From the IMG/VR virus record IMGVR_UViG_3300023174_000139: DNA of 64,000 nt. One strand, written 5' to 3'. The position numbers were made by a program, and so were the translations under genes. Positions 47,876 through 56,722 of this stretch are shown here, piece after piece. Origin of the DNA: an uncultured virus (IMG/VR IMGVR_UViG_3300023174_000139). Its lineage: Duplodnaviria; Heunggongvirae; Uroviricota; Caudoviricetes. The notes below the pieces were generated by a model. That model saw nothing but the letters and a program-made list of their open reading frames with translations, ran no database searches and had not been told where the DNA came from. The stretch's first letter is position 1, and every line of letters starts with the position of its first letter.

Positions 47876-48418
47876 ATGATTTCATTCTATAAACCAAACA
47901 GTAAGAATACTGGAACAGCTTGCAGCTTCACAGTAAATACAAAAGATGCCTCTGTATGGGGATCATTAATCAAACAATCTTCTTGGAACGATGCTAAGAA
48001 AATAGGTTCATTTTCAGAGAATCAAAATAACCCAAGTAAAAGCGTTAAAATTAAATTCTCTCTAACCGAAGCGGCTGGGATTTTAGACGCAATCGAAAGA
48101 AATGTAGAATTTTCTGCTTATCATACCTCTGAGAAACAAACTACAAGAATTAAATTCTGTCCATATATTAAAGATGATAAACAAGTAGGGTATTCTTATT
48201 CAGTCAATAAAGAGGACAAGCAAAATAGTGAAAATAAACAATCTTATTTAATTGGATTTTATTTCAATGAAGCTTCACTTATTAAAGAATTTTTAAAATT
48301 CGCACTACATTCAACATTTCATCAACAAGAAGTAGAAAATATTAAAAGATTGAAGAATAGGAAAACTGAATCTACAGACGCAACATCAAATGTAGAAGCA
48401 GAAGGCGATCTTTGGTGA
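47876..48418 (+). CDS. Putative ssDNA-binding protein
   Basis: Next to the polymerase, beta-rich, acidic/aromatic C-terminal tail EAEGDLW. Confidence 0.4.
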   Translation: MISFYKPNSKNTGTACSFTVNTKDASVWGSLIKQSSWNDAKKIGSFSENQNNPSKSVKIKFSLTEAAGILDAIERNVEFSAYHTSEKQTTRIKFCPYIKDDKQVGYSYSVNKEDKQNSENKQSYLIGFYFNEASLIKEFLKFALHSTFHQQEVENIKRLKNRKTESTDATSNVEAEGDLW

Positions 48419-50340
48419 ATAAAAAGAAAAAAGTTTTAATACAAACTGATTTTTCCCTTGCCAAAACTGGCTTCGGAAGAAGTGCAAAAACTCTCTTAAA
48501 GTATTTATATAATTCAAATAAATATGATTTAGTTCACTATGCGTGTGGAATGACTTGGAGTCATCCAGAATTAAAAAGAACTCCATGGAAAAGTTTTGGT
48601 TCGCTTCCAGATAATCCCCAAGAACTTGAACAATTAAATAGAGATCCACATATGGCTCGAATGGCTAGCTATGGAGCGCATTATTTAGATAGAATAATAG
48701 AACAAGAGAAACCAGATGTTTATATTGCCGTGCAGGATATTTGGGGAGTTGATTTTGCTATAGATAAACCTTGGTTTGATAAAATTAATTCAGTAATATG
48801 GACGACTTTAGATTCACTTCCAATTTTAGATTCAGCAATAAATTGCGCAGGAAAAGTAAAAAATTATTGGATTTGGAGTAATTTCGCTACCAAAGCATTG
48901 AATAATATGGGACATAAACATGTTAGAACAATTCATGGATGTTTGGAATCGAAAGATTTTTACAGATTATCAGATTTTGATAGAAAAAAAATAAGAAATA
49001 AATACAATTTACCGCAAGATGCATTTATTATAGGATTTGTTTTTAGAAATCAACTTAGAAAAAGTGTCCCTAATCTTTTAGAGGGATACGCTTTATGGAA
49101 AAAAGAAAATCCACAAATCAATAATACATTTTTACTTCTCCATACTCATTGGGGAGAAGGATGGAATATACATAAATTATGTCAAGAATTGAATGTTAAT
49201 CCAGCTGAAATTTTAACAACTTATATTTGTAGGAATTGTGGAGAGTATGAAATTAAAAATTTCACTGGTCAAGATTTAAATTGTAAATTTTGTGGAGCAG
49301 AAAAAAGCCAAATAACTACAAATGTTTCGATCGGAGTCACAGAAGAGCAACTAAATGAAGTATATAATCTAATGGATGTTTATTGTCACCCATTTACCAG
49401 CGGTGGACAAGAAATCCCAATTCAAGAAGCAAAATTAACAGAATTAATCACTCTTGTTACAGATTATTCTTGTGGAGAAGAAATGTGCGAGAAAGAAGCA
49501 GCATCCATACCATTAGAGTGGTCAGAATATAGAGAGCATGGAACAGAGTTCAGAAAAGCGTCTACATATCCCCATTCAATAGCTAAAAATTTAAATAAAG
49601 TATATAAAATGCCAAAGTCTGAAAAAATTGAAATGGGCAAAAAAGCTAGAGAATGGACTATTAAAAACTTTTCAGTAGAAAGCGTTGGTGGACAAATTGA
49701 ATCTTTTATAGATTCTGCACCAAATATAAACTATGATTTTAATTTTGCACAAGTAGAAAAAAATCCAAATGCAATTATAGAAAATTTTAAAGACGATAAA
49801 GAATGGATTTTATCGTTGTATCATAACATTTTATGTTTAAAAAATATTGATGAAAATGATTCTGGATTTAAACATTGGATGGATCAAATAAGTAAAGGTA
49901 TGCAAAGATCTGATATCGAAAGTTATTTTAGAAAAGTAGCTTTTGATGATTTAAATAAAAGTAAACAAGTTCCATTTGAAGACATTCTAGATCCAAATGA
50001 TAAAGGAAAAAGAATTCTAATAGTAATGCCAGAGAGTGCTGGAGACGTATTTATGGCAACTAGCCTACTACCCTCTTTAAAAAATACTTATCCACAATAT
50101 AATATATACTTCGCAACAAAACAAGAATATTTCTCTATTTTAAATGGAAATGAATATATTCATAAAATAATACCATATATTCAACAAATGGATAATTTGA
50201 TGTGGCTTGAGGGTGCTGGTGATCATGAAGGTTACTTTGAAATGGCATTTCTTCCACATTTTGGTACTCAAAGAATGTTGAGCTATCTACATAATGGTAA
50301 AGATAAAATAGATTTTAATATTAAAAATTTTAATATATAA
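48412..50340 (+). CDS. Multidomain glycosyltransferase: GT4-like with Zn-ribbon insert, plus C-terminal GT9-like N-domain
   Basis: TGFG, RNQLRK, CRNC...CKFC, GGQEIPIQEA; C-terminal ILIVMPESAGDVFMATSLLPSLKNTYP. Confidence 0.75.
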   Translation: MVNKKKKVLIQTDFSLAKTGFGRSAKTLLKYLYNSNKYDLVHYACGMTWSHPELKRTPWKSFGSLPDNPQELEQLNRDPHMARMASYGAHYLDRIIEQEKPDVYIAVQDIWGVDFAIDKPWFDKINSVIWTTLDSLPILDSAINCAGKVKNYWIWSNFATKALNNMGHKHVRTIHGCLESKDFYRLSDFDRKKIRNKYNLPQDAFIIGFVFRNQLRKSVPNLLEGYALWKKENPQINNTFLLLHTHWGEGWNIHKLCQELNVNPAEILTTYICRNCGEYEIKNFTGQDLNCKFCGAEKSQITTNVSIGVTEEQLNEVYNLMDVYCHPFTSGGQEIPIQEAKLTELITLVTDYSCGEEMCEKEAASIPLEWSEYREHGTEFRKASTYPHSIAKNLNKVYKMPKSEKIEMGKKAREWTIKNFSVESVGGQIESFIDSAPNINYDFNFAQVEKNPNAIIENFKDDKEWILSLYHNILCLKNIDENDSGFKHWMDQISKGMQRSDIESYFRKVAFDDLNKSKQVPFEDILDPNDKGKRILIVMPESAGDVFMATSLLPSLKNTYPQYNIYFATKQEYFSILNGNEYIHKIIPYIQQMDNLMWLEGAGDHEGYFEMAFLPHFGTQRMLSYLHNGKDKIDFNIKNFNI

Positions 50341-50341
50341 T

Positions 50342-51520
50342 ATGCATATTCTAGAACAATACGCTTTAAATTGCGGAGTACCAATTTCAAAACCATATAT
50401 TAATCAAGAGTTTTTTCCATTACCATTTGATAAATATATTACTATACATCCAAAGGGAAAATTTGCTTCTAGAGAATATGATTATTGGGAGGAAGTAATT
50501 TTTAATTTAGCTCCCATATTAAATAAATATAATATAAATATCGTACAAATTGGTGGCAAAGATGATGCGCCTCTACCACTTTGCTACCCAACGCAAGGAC
50601 AGACTAACTTCAATAACTTAGCTTATATTATACAGAATTCAATGTTGCATTTAGGAGTAGACAGTTTACCAGTGCATTTAGCATCTGCTTTTGATAAAAA
50701 AATAGTAGCACTATATTGCAATATGTATCCAAATCAATCTGGTCCATACTGGTCTAATCCTAAAGATTATGATTTAATTTTTTCTGATTTAAAAAATAAA
50801 AAACCATCTTACGCAGCAATCGAAAACCCAAAGACTATTAATTTCATTAAACCAGAAGAAATAATTAATTCGGTTTTAAATAAATTAGATTTAAAAGAAA
50901 AGGTAAACCAAAAATCTGTATATTTTGGAAACGCATATCACTTAAGAGCATTGGAAATTATTCCAGACCATATTCCAGATTTATCACAATTCAATATAAA
51001 TATCGCTAACGTAAGAATGGATTATGTGTTTAATGAAGAGTACTTATTCAATATTCTATCTTTATATAAAACAAATATTCTAACAAATAGACCCATAAAT
51101 ATAAATCAATTAATAAAATTTAAGAAAAATATTTTATCTGTATTTTTTATATTTGATAAAAATTCAAATTTTGATATAGATTTTATTAAAAATTTAAGAA
51201 ATAATGGTATAAAGTTTTCTATAATATCATTTATAGAAGAAGAAGAAGTGCAAAAATATAAATTAGATCTCATGGATTTTTGTAATATAAACATAAAAAA
51301 TTTAGAAGATAATAAAAAAATTATAGAATCTTTTGAAAAGCAAAATTTAAGATTTAAATCAGCCAAAATCTTATTAAGTAAAGGTAAAATGTACCCATCT
51401 TTCCAAAGTTATAAAAATAATCAAAGCTATTCAGCAAATGTAAATGAATCTTTTGATTTTAAGAATGATGGGGATTTATACAAAGAATTGGAAAGTTTTT
51501 ATATTTTTACTATTGACTAA
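50342..51520 (+). CDS. GT9 (heptosyltransferase-like) C-domain protein
   Basis: ITIHP, IVQIGG, LHLGVDSLPVHLASAFDKKIVALY. Confidence 0.75.
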   Translation: MHILEQYALNCGVPISKPYINQEFFPLPFDKYITIHPKGKFASREYDYWEEVIFNLAPILNKYNINIVQIGGKDDAPLPLCYPTQGQTNFNNLAYIIQNSMLHLGVDSLPVHLASAFDKKIVALYCNMYPNQSGPYWSNPKDYDLIFSDLKNKKPSYAAIENPKTINFIKPEEIINSVLNKLDLKEKVNQKSVYFGNAYHLRALEIIPDHIPDLSQFNINIANVRMDYVFNEEYLFNILSLYKTNILTNRPININQLIKFKKNILSVFFIFDKNSNFDIDFIKNLRNNGIKFSIISFIEEEEVQKYKLDLMDFCNINIKNLEDNKKIIESFEKQNLRFKSAKILLSKGKMYPSFQSYKNNQSYSANVNESFDFKNDGDLYKELESFYIFTID

Positions 51521-51547
51521 ATTTTTAAATGATGTTATCATCTATAA

Positions 51548-52348
51548 ATGAGTCCTAAAATTAAAACAGAAGAAAATACGATTTCAATTGGCAGTTCGGA
51601 ATTGTTTGAAACAGTAGTTGTTTCTCAAAAAAACGAAGAGCTTATTCAAGTGGTACCACCAAATCTTATAACAAGAAATAAATACGGTCTTATTGAAGAC
51701 AAGAGTCTTAATTATATTTTTAATGATGATGGAAGTATTAATTGGCGTAAAATGGTAAAGACTGAACATCTTGTACCAAATAGACAAAAGACACAAGAAA
51801 CAGATGTTTCTAAACTTCAAGATAAAGATCTACTTATTCTTTTGGGTGGAATCAAAGAGCTTGCCCAAATTCGTGGATACACAAGTGTAGAATATAAAGT
51901 AGTAGCAGCCTCTGAGAATTATTTCGCAACAAGTTGTAGAATAACTTGGCTTCCTAATTATGAAACTGGTGGAAAAGAAATTGTTTTCGAATCTCTAGCT
52001 GATGCGACATTAAATAATACAAAAAGCTTTGCAAGATTCTTTTTAGCTGCAATTGCTGAAAACAGAGCATTTGTTCGATGTGTACGTAATTTTTTAAAAA
52101 TTAATATTGTAAGTCAAGAAGAATTAGGAGACGCTAAACTACTTGATGACTCATCATCTACAAATGAAAGTCCAACATCTCCTCACGCTTTATTAGAAAA
52201 AGTAATGAAAGATAAAAGCATTAATTTTGATCAATTAAAGAAAAAATTAATTAAAGAGAAATTTGATAATGCAGAAAATTTAAACTCAATATCAGATATT
52301 CCCAAAGCAAAGATATTTGAACTTATAGAAAGAATAAAGAAGGTTTAA
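51548..52348 (+). CDS. Putative Rad52/Sak-like ssDNA annealing protein
   Basis: GGIKELAQIRG...ADA...AIAENRAFVRCVRNFL. Confidence 0.45.
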   Translation: MSPKIKTEENTISIGSSELFETVVVSQKNEELIQVVPPNLITRNKYGLIEDKSLNYIFNDDGSINWRKMVKTEHLVPNRQKTQETDVSKLQDKDLLILLGGIKELAQIRGYTSVEYKVVAASENYFATSCRITWLPNYETGGKEIVFESLADATLNNTKSFARFFLAAIAENRAFVRCVRNFLKINIVSQEELGDAKLLDDSSSTNESPTSPHALLEKVMKDKSINFDQLKKKLIKEKFDNAENLNSISDIPKAKIFELIERIKKV

Positions 52349-53142
52349 CTCAATATATAAGTGGAAAACGCAATAGAAGCTTTTCCGTTTTCAGAAACAT
52401 TTATATTTAAACTTTCATTGTTTTTAACTATATTATCAAAATTAAAAGATAATACGTTATTTAATGTAGAATAATTTTTAAAATTTATTTGCATAGATCT
52501 TATATCTTCGTTTAATAAAAATGATTTTATATTTGGCATAATATAATTATCAATATCTAATTCAAAATTAAAATCTATTCTTATAGGATATTCTACAAGA
52601 ACTTCGCTTGGATAATATTGGCCTACATCATACTGAGGAATACGGCTAGTAGATATATTCATTTCAAAAGAAATCAATCTATTTGTTAGGACTTCGTTAA
52701 AAGTTATATCAGTATAACATAGATCATATGGAGTTATATTATAATTAATTGAATTATTATTTCTTATTCCAGTCTGTTCTCCAAATTGACCATAAACATC
52801 TATATCCGCACGGCAAACTACAGGATTATCAATAGAAGTTTTAATATTATATCTAGTTAAATAACCACTATTAAAATTTATATATTTATCAGCATATCCC
52901 AACATTCCACTTATTATATTTTCTCCAGTAAAAGAAAGAATTGGATCAATATTTGATGGGACGTACTCTAAACTTATAGAAGATTTATTTTGATTATTAA
53001 CAAGATAATTAAATCCAGTATCGCCTAAAGCTAAAGAAGGCGCTATATTGGTATCATAAGATACCCCTAAAGACTGAACTCCAGATACAAACTGTCCATT
53101 TAAATAAATATTTTGATTTTGTTTAGAAGAAAAGATAGCCAT
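52345..53142 (-). CDS. Putative tail tube/hub-like structural protein
   Basis: Beta-rich, two similar halves, GTGTAA motif upstream, divergent from the tail operon. Confidence 0.45.
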   Translation of the reverse strand: MAIFSSKQNQNIYLNGQFVSGVQSLGVSYDTNIAPSLALGDTGFNYLVNNQNKSSISLEYVPSNIDPILSFTGENIISGMLGYADKYINFNSGYLTRYNIKTSIDNPVVCRADIDVYGQFGEQTGIRNNNSINYNITPYDLCYTDITFNEVLTNRLISFEMNISTSRIPQYDVGQYYPSEVLVEYPIRIDFNFELDIDNYIMPNIKSFLLNEDIRSMQINFKNYSTLNNVLSFNFDNIVKNNESLNINVSENGKASIAFSTYILS

Positions 53143-53151
53143 TTAATATAA

Positions 53152-53174
53152 TTACACCATTAAAACAAGTGTAA
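53152..53174. promoter_or_regulatory. Back-to-back GTGTAATTAT motifs (candidate phage late promoters)
   Basis: GTGTAA on minus at 53157-53152 and on plus at 53169-53174, each facing a structural gene; motif recurs before other genes. Confidence 0.6.
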
Positions 53175-53195
53175 TTATTTAAAAGGTATAAGGTT

Positions 53196-53738
53196 ATGGC
53201 AAGTATATACGATACAGTTTCTGGCTGGTCTAGTACAGTTAACTATAATAAATATAATATAGTTTCTGGATCAAACTCTAAATATTATTACTCTATTATA
53301 AATAATAATATAGGAGCAGCAAATAATCCAACTTCGACACCAAATCTTCAAGTGGAATGGGATGGATATATAAGTATTAATAATACTTTAGTCCCGAATT
53401 TCTTCTGGAAACCATCTTATCAAACATCAATATCTCTTGAGCCAAGAGTAAAAATAATGACATTTGGTAATGGCTACCAACAAAGAGTACCAGATGGAAT
53501 AAATACAAACTTAGTAGGTTTTGACGCTAATTTTGAAAACAGAAAAGAACCAGAAGCAATCTCTATATTGCATTTTTTAAATCAAATGAACGCACAAACT
53601 TCATTTGTTTATAATGTTCCAACGATTTACAGTAAAACAAATTTTAATACAAGATTTACAGCACCATCCTGGACAGTAAATTATAATTCTTATAATAATT
53701 ATACAATAAAAATTAAATTACAAGAGGTTCCAGTATAA
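53196..53738 (+). CDS. Minor tail protein, lambda gpM-like
   Basis: PRV...FGNGYQQRVPDGINT. Confidence 0.8.
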   Translation: MASIYDTVSGWSSTVNYNKYNIVSGSNSKYYYSIINNNIGAANNPTSTPNLQVEWDGYISINNTLVPNFFWKPSYQTSISLEPRVKIMTFGNGYQQRVPDGINTNLVGFDANFENRKEPEAISILHFLNQMNAQTSFVYNVPTIYSKTNFNTRFTAPSWTVNYNSYNNYTIKIKLQEVPV

Positions 53739-53739
53739 T

Positions 53740-55587
53740 ATGCCACTTCCAACAAGATCATCTCCTGCGATTCAAGTTTTTAATAGAATCACAAGTGGAT
53801 CTAATTCTTTAAATACAGAATTAAGCAGCATAACTCCAACGACTCCAATTTATTTATATGAATTAGATTTAAGTGATATATATCCACAAATAAGATATAT
53901 TAATACTAGCGGTCAGCCAATGCAAAATGGTATTTTAAGATGTCATAATAATTTTAATCTATTTAATTTAACTAATGGTTCATTTAATGAAGGCCAAATA
54001 TATTGGCAAAATAATTATTACTATCCATTCCCAATGGTTGCTGAAGGTTTCGATTATGTTTCTGTAGGAACATTGCCAACTCCACAACTTACTTTAACAA
54101 ATTATTCGCCAGATAATAATACCAATTCATTTTATAAATATATAAGAATGCAAGTCCAATCATTAGGAGATATTATTGGTGGAAAATTTACAAGAATTAG
54201 GACTTTTTTAAAATATTTAGATCCATTAAATTTTTCTGGTAATTATAATCCATATTCAGATGACCCATCCATAACAGAAATAGAATTACCTAGAGATATT
54301 TATTATGTGGATAGAAAAGAATTAGAAAATAAAAATACCCTTAAATATAACCTGGTATCAATTTTAGATTTAGAAAATTTAACTTTACCAGGACGAACTC
54401 TTTTGGCCAATAAATGTCCATTTGAATATAGAGGAGAAGGATGTTTATATGAATATAATAAAAGAATAGATCCAATTCATAGTGGAGTTTACGGAACCGT
54501 CTCGAATCCAGATAGAAGAATAACACTTCCGCTAGAAGCTCCTCCAGTTGCAACTGAAAATGATGAGTTATTTTTAAATACAATTTTAAGTGGAGTTCAA
54601 TCAAGACAAAGATTTTCAGGACTTAATTATTTTAAATATACTGGAACTAATAATTGGGCGGATTGGACATTTACAAATTATACATTAAATGCTGGAACAT
54701 CTGCGCAATGCGCAGCTGCTTTAAACGATGGAAATACCGCGGTTGCTGCAGTTACTTCAAATGCAGCTCAACAAATAATACAAGTAAGTGGTCCAATACA
54801 AGCAGAAGTAACTCAAGTTTCACTTACTTCAACTTCTGCGATTAATAATAATTATCAAATTCAATATTATAGCAGTATAGCTTCATCTTGGAATCCAGTT
54901 GTTGATATTAGTGGATATTCATTAACATGGAATTTAAATGGAAGCCCAGCTGGAACATATAAAATAACTTTTCCCTCTAGAGGGATTTGGCCCAATTGGA
55001 GATTAATATCTACTACCTCTAACGCAGGAACCGCGTTAAGTGAATTAAATTTTAGTGGACAATTTAGAATTGGCGATAGTGGAGATTGGGTTACTGGAGC
55101 TTTTTATCAAACTGGAGATTTTGTTTTTTTAGAAAATCATGGAATTAAATATTATTTTGTATGTTTAACTAATCATACTTCTGATGTTTTCAATAATCCT
55201 CCAAATAGAAAATTTTGGGGTGCAGATACATGCTCCAAGACTATAAACGCATGTAGATTAAGATGGCAAAAAAATCCATATTTTAGACCAGTAGTTTGGC
55301 CAATGTCAAGAGGAGGTTGGGATTATTGGAGCTTTTATAGAAGATATAGAATTACTGGATATCAAGCTGCTGGACCAGGAGGTGATTTTAGAAGACTCGT
55401 TGTTCCATCTTGGTATGCAACTGGAAGCGCTTTAACAGATGGAAGCCCAGCTTCTTGGCCAAGAAGACCAGATGTTCATGATCCTTGGAATAATTATGCT
55501 CATGGTTTACCAGAAGATGTTACTGGAGAATATTTAAATGGATTTCTTCCATTTGGAGGATTTCCTGGATTAGATCAAATTCAATAA
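53740..55587 (+). CDS. Minor tail protein, lambda gpL-like, with large insertions
   Basis: PTPQLT, RIRTFLKYLD..NF, LPGR...CPFEYRGEGC, DTCSKTINACRLR, LPFGGFPG. Confidence 0.85.
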   Translation: MPLPTRSSPAIQVFNRITSGSNSLNTELSSITPTTPIYLYELDLSDIYPQIRYINTSGQPMQNGILRCHNNFNLFNLTNGSFNEGQIYWQNNYYYPFPMVAEGFDYVSVGTLPTPQLTLTNYSPDNNTNSFYKYIRMQVQSLGDIIGGKFTRIRTFLKYLDPLNFSGNYNPYSDDPSITEIELPRDIYYVDRKELENKNTLKYNLVSILDLENLTLPGRTLLANKCPFEYRGEGCLYEYNKRIDPIHSGVYGTVSNPDRRITLPLEAPPVATENDELFLNTILSGVQSRQRFSGLNYFKYTGTNNWADWTFTNYTLNAGTSAQCAAALNDGNTAVAAVTSNAAQQIIQVSGPIQAEVTQVSLTSTSAINNNYQIQYYSSIASSWNPVVDISGYSLTWNLNGSPAGTYKITFPSRGIWPNWRLISTTSNAGTALSELNFSGQFRIGDSGDWVTGAFYQTGDFVFLENHGIKYYFVCLTNHTSDVFNNPPNRKFWGADTCSKTINACRLRWQKNPYFRPVVWPMSRGGWDYWSFYRRYRITGYQAAGPGGDFRRLVVPSWYATGSALTDGSPASWPRRPDVHDPWNNYAHGLPEDVTGEYLNGFLPFGGFPGLDQIQ

Positions 55588-55916
55588 TGAAAAATACAAT
55601 TAAAAATTTCATTAAAAGACATGCATTAGAAGATTTCCCTAATGAATGCTGTGGTTTTATAGTAAAAGATAATAAAAAAATAAAATGCATTAAAACTAAA
55701 AATATATCCAAACAAAAAAATAATTTTTTTAAAATTTCTATAGGAGATTTTTTAAATATTAAACATAACTACAATATATTATATATCTATCATAGCCACA
55801 CTATTGATAATAATGAATTTAGTGGATTAGATAAATCTTGTGCAAATTATTTAATGTTAGATATGGTTTTATATAATATAAAACAGGATCAATTTAATTA
55901 TTTTAAATGTAAATAA
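55587..55916 (+). CDS. Tail assembly protein, gpK-like JAB/MPN domain only
   Basis: PNECCG, IYHSH....S..D. Confidence 0.8.
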   Translation: MKNTIKNFIKRHALEDFPNECCGFIVKDNKKIKCIKTKNISKQKNNFFKISIGDFLNIKHNYNILYIYHSHTIDNNEFSGLDKSCANYLMLDMVLYNIKQDQFNYFKCK

Positions 55917-55920
55917 ATAT

Positions 55921-56718
55921 ATGGTTAAAATAACTTTACATGGTAAATTAGGTGAAGATATTGGAAAAGAATGGAATCTTGAAGTCTCTAGCGTCAATGA
56001 AGCTCTTAGAGCCATAGAAGCCAATACTAGAAAATTAAGAAAATGGATTATTGATAATAAAAATTATGAATATCATATCGTTTTGAATAAGAAAATACTA
56101 GATATTCCAAATGATCCATTAAAAATACCAGAATCAGAAATGTTTTGTGTATATAAAAAAAACCAATTAAAATCTATTGATTTAATACCAAGTATTGTTG
56201 GTGCAAGTTGGGACGATTGGTGGGGTTATGCTGAAGTTATTGGTGGAATAGGCTCTGTAGCAGCAGGAGCTACCGCTGGACAAAGTTGGAACCCCCTACC
56301 TAAAGCTTTAGCTCCAGCTGCAATTATTGCTGGCATAGCTTTAATTGCCGATGGAGTTACTAGACTATTGTCTAAACCACCGCCAAAGATTCCATTTCAA
56401 GCCCAACAAGCAACAACAGCAAATCAAGGTTCGATTGGAGATGGTCAAGGCGTATTAGGTGGACCACAATCCTATCTTTTTAATGGACCAGTTAATTTAG
56501 TTGGAGAGGGTGGACCTGTTCCAGTAGGATATGGTACTTTAATGGTAGGTAGTATTGCTGCGAATGTTTATTATGAAAATACTTACGTTGCAAATAAAAG
56601 ATCAGTTATATGGAATGAAACTGATGTTAGATTTTTACAAGATAATAATTTTGGATTTCAAAATTATTTTAACGAACAATTACACTTGATAAGTCAATCA
56701 AGTAGCTATCTAGTATAA
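55921..56718 (+). CDS. Tail assembly protein, lambda gpI-like
   Basis: ITLHGKLG, EALRAI, IPSIVGA, SYLFNGPVN...GGPVPVGYG. Confidence 0.85.
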   Translation: MVKITLHGKLGEDIGKEWNLEVSSVNEALRAIEANTRKLRKWIIDNKNYEYHIVLNKKILDIPNDPLKIPESEMFCVYKKNQLKSIDLIPSIVGASWDDWWGYAEVIGGIGSVAAGATAGQSWNPLPKALAPAAIIAGIALIADGVTRLLSKPPPKIPFQAQQATTANQGSIGDGQGVLGGPQSYLFNGPVNLVGEGGPVPVGYGTLMVGSIAANVYYENTYVANKRSVIWNETDVRFLQDNNFGFQNYFNEQLHLISQSSSYLV

Positions 56719-56722
56719 TTTT

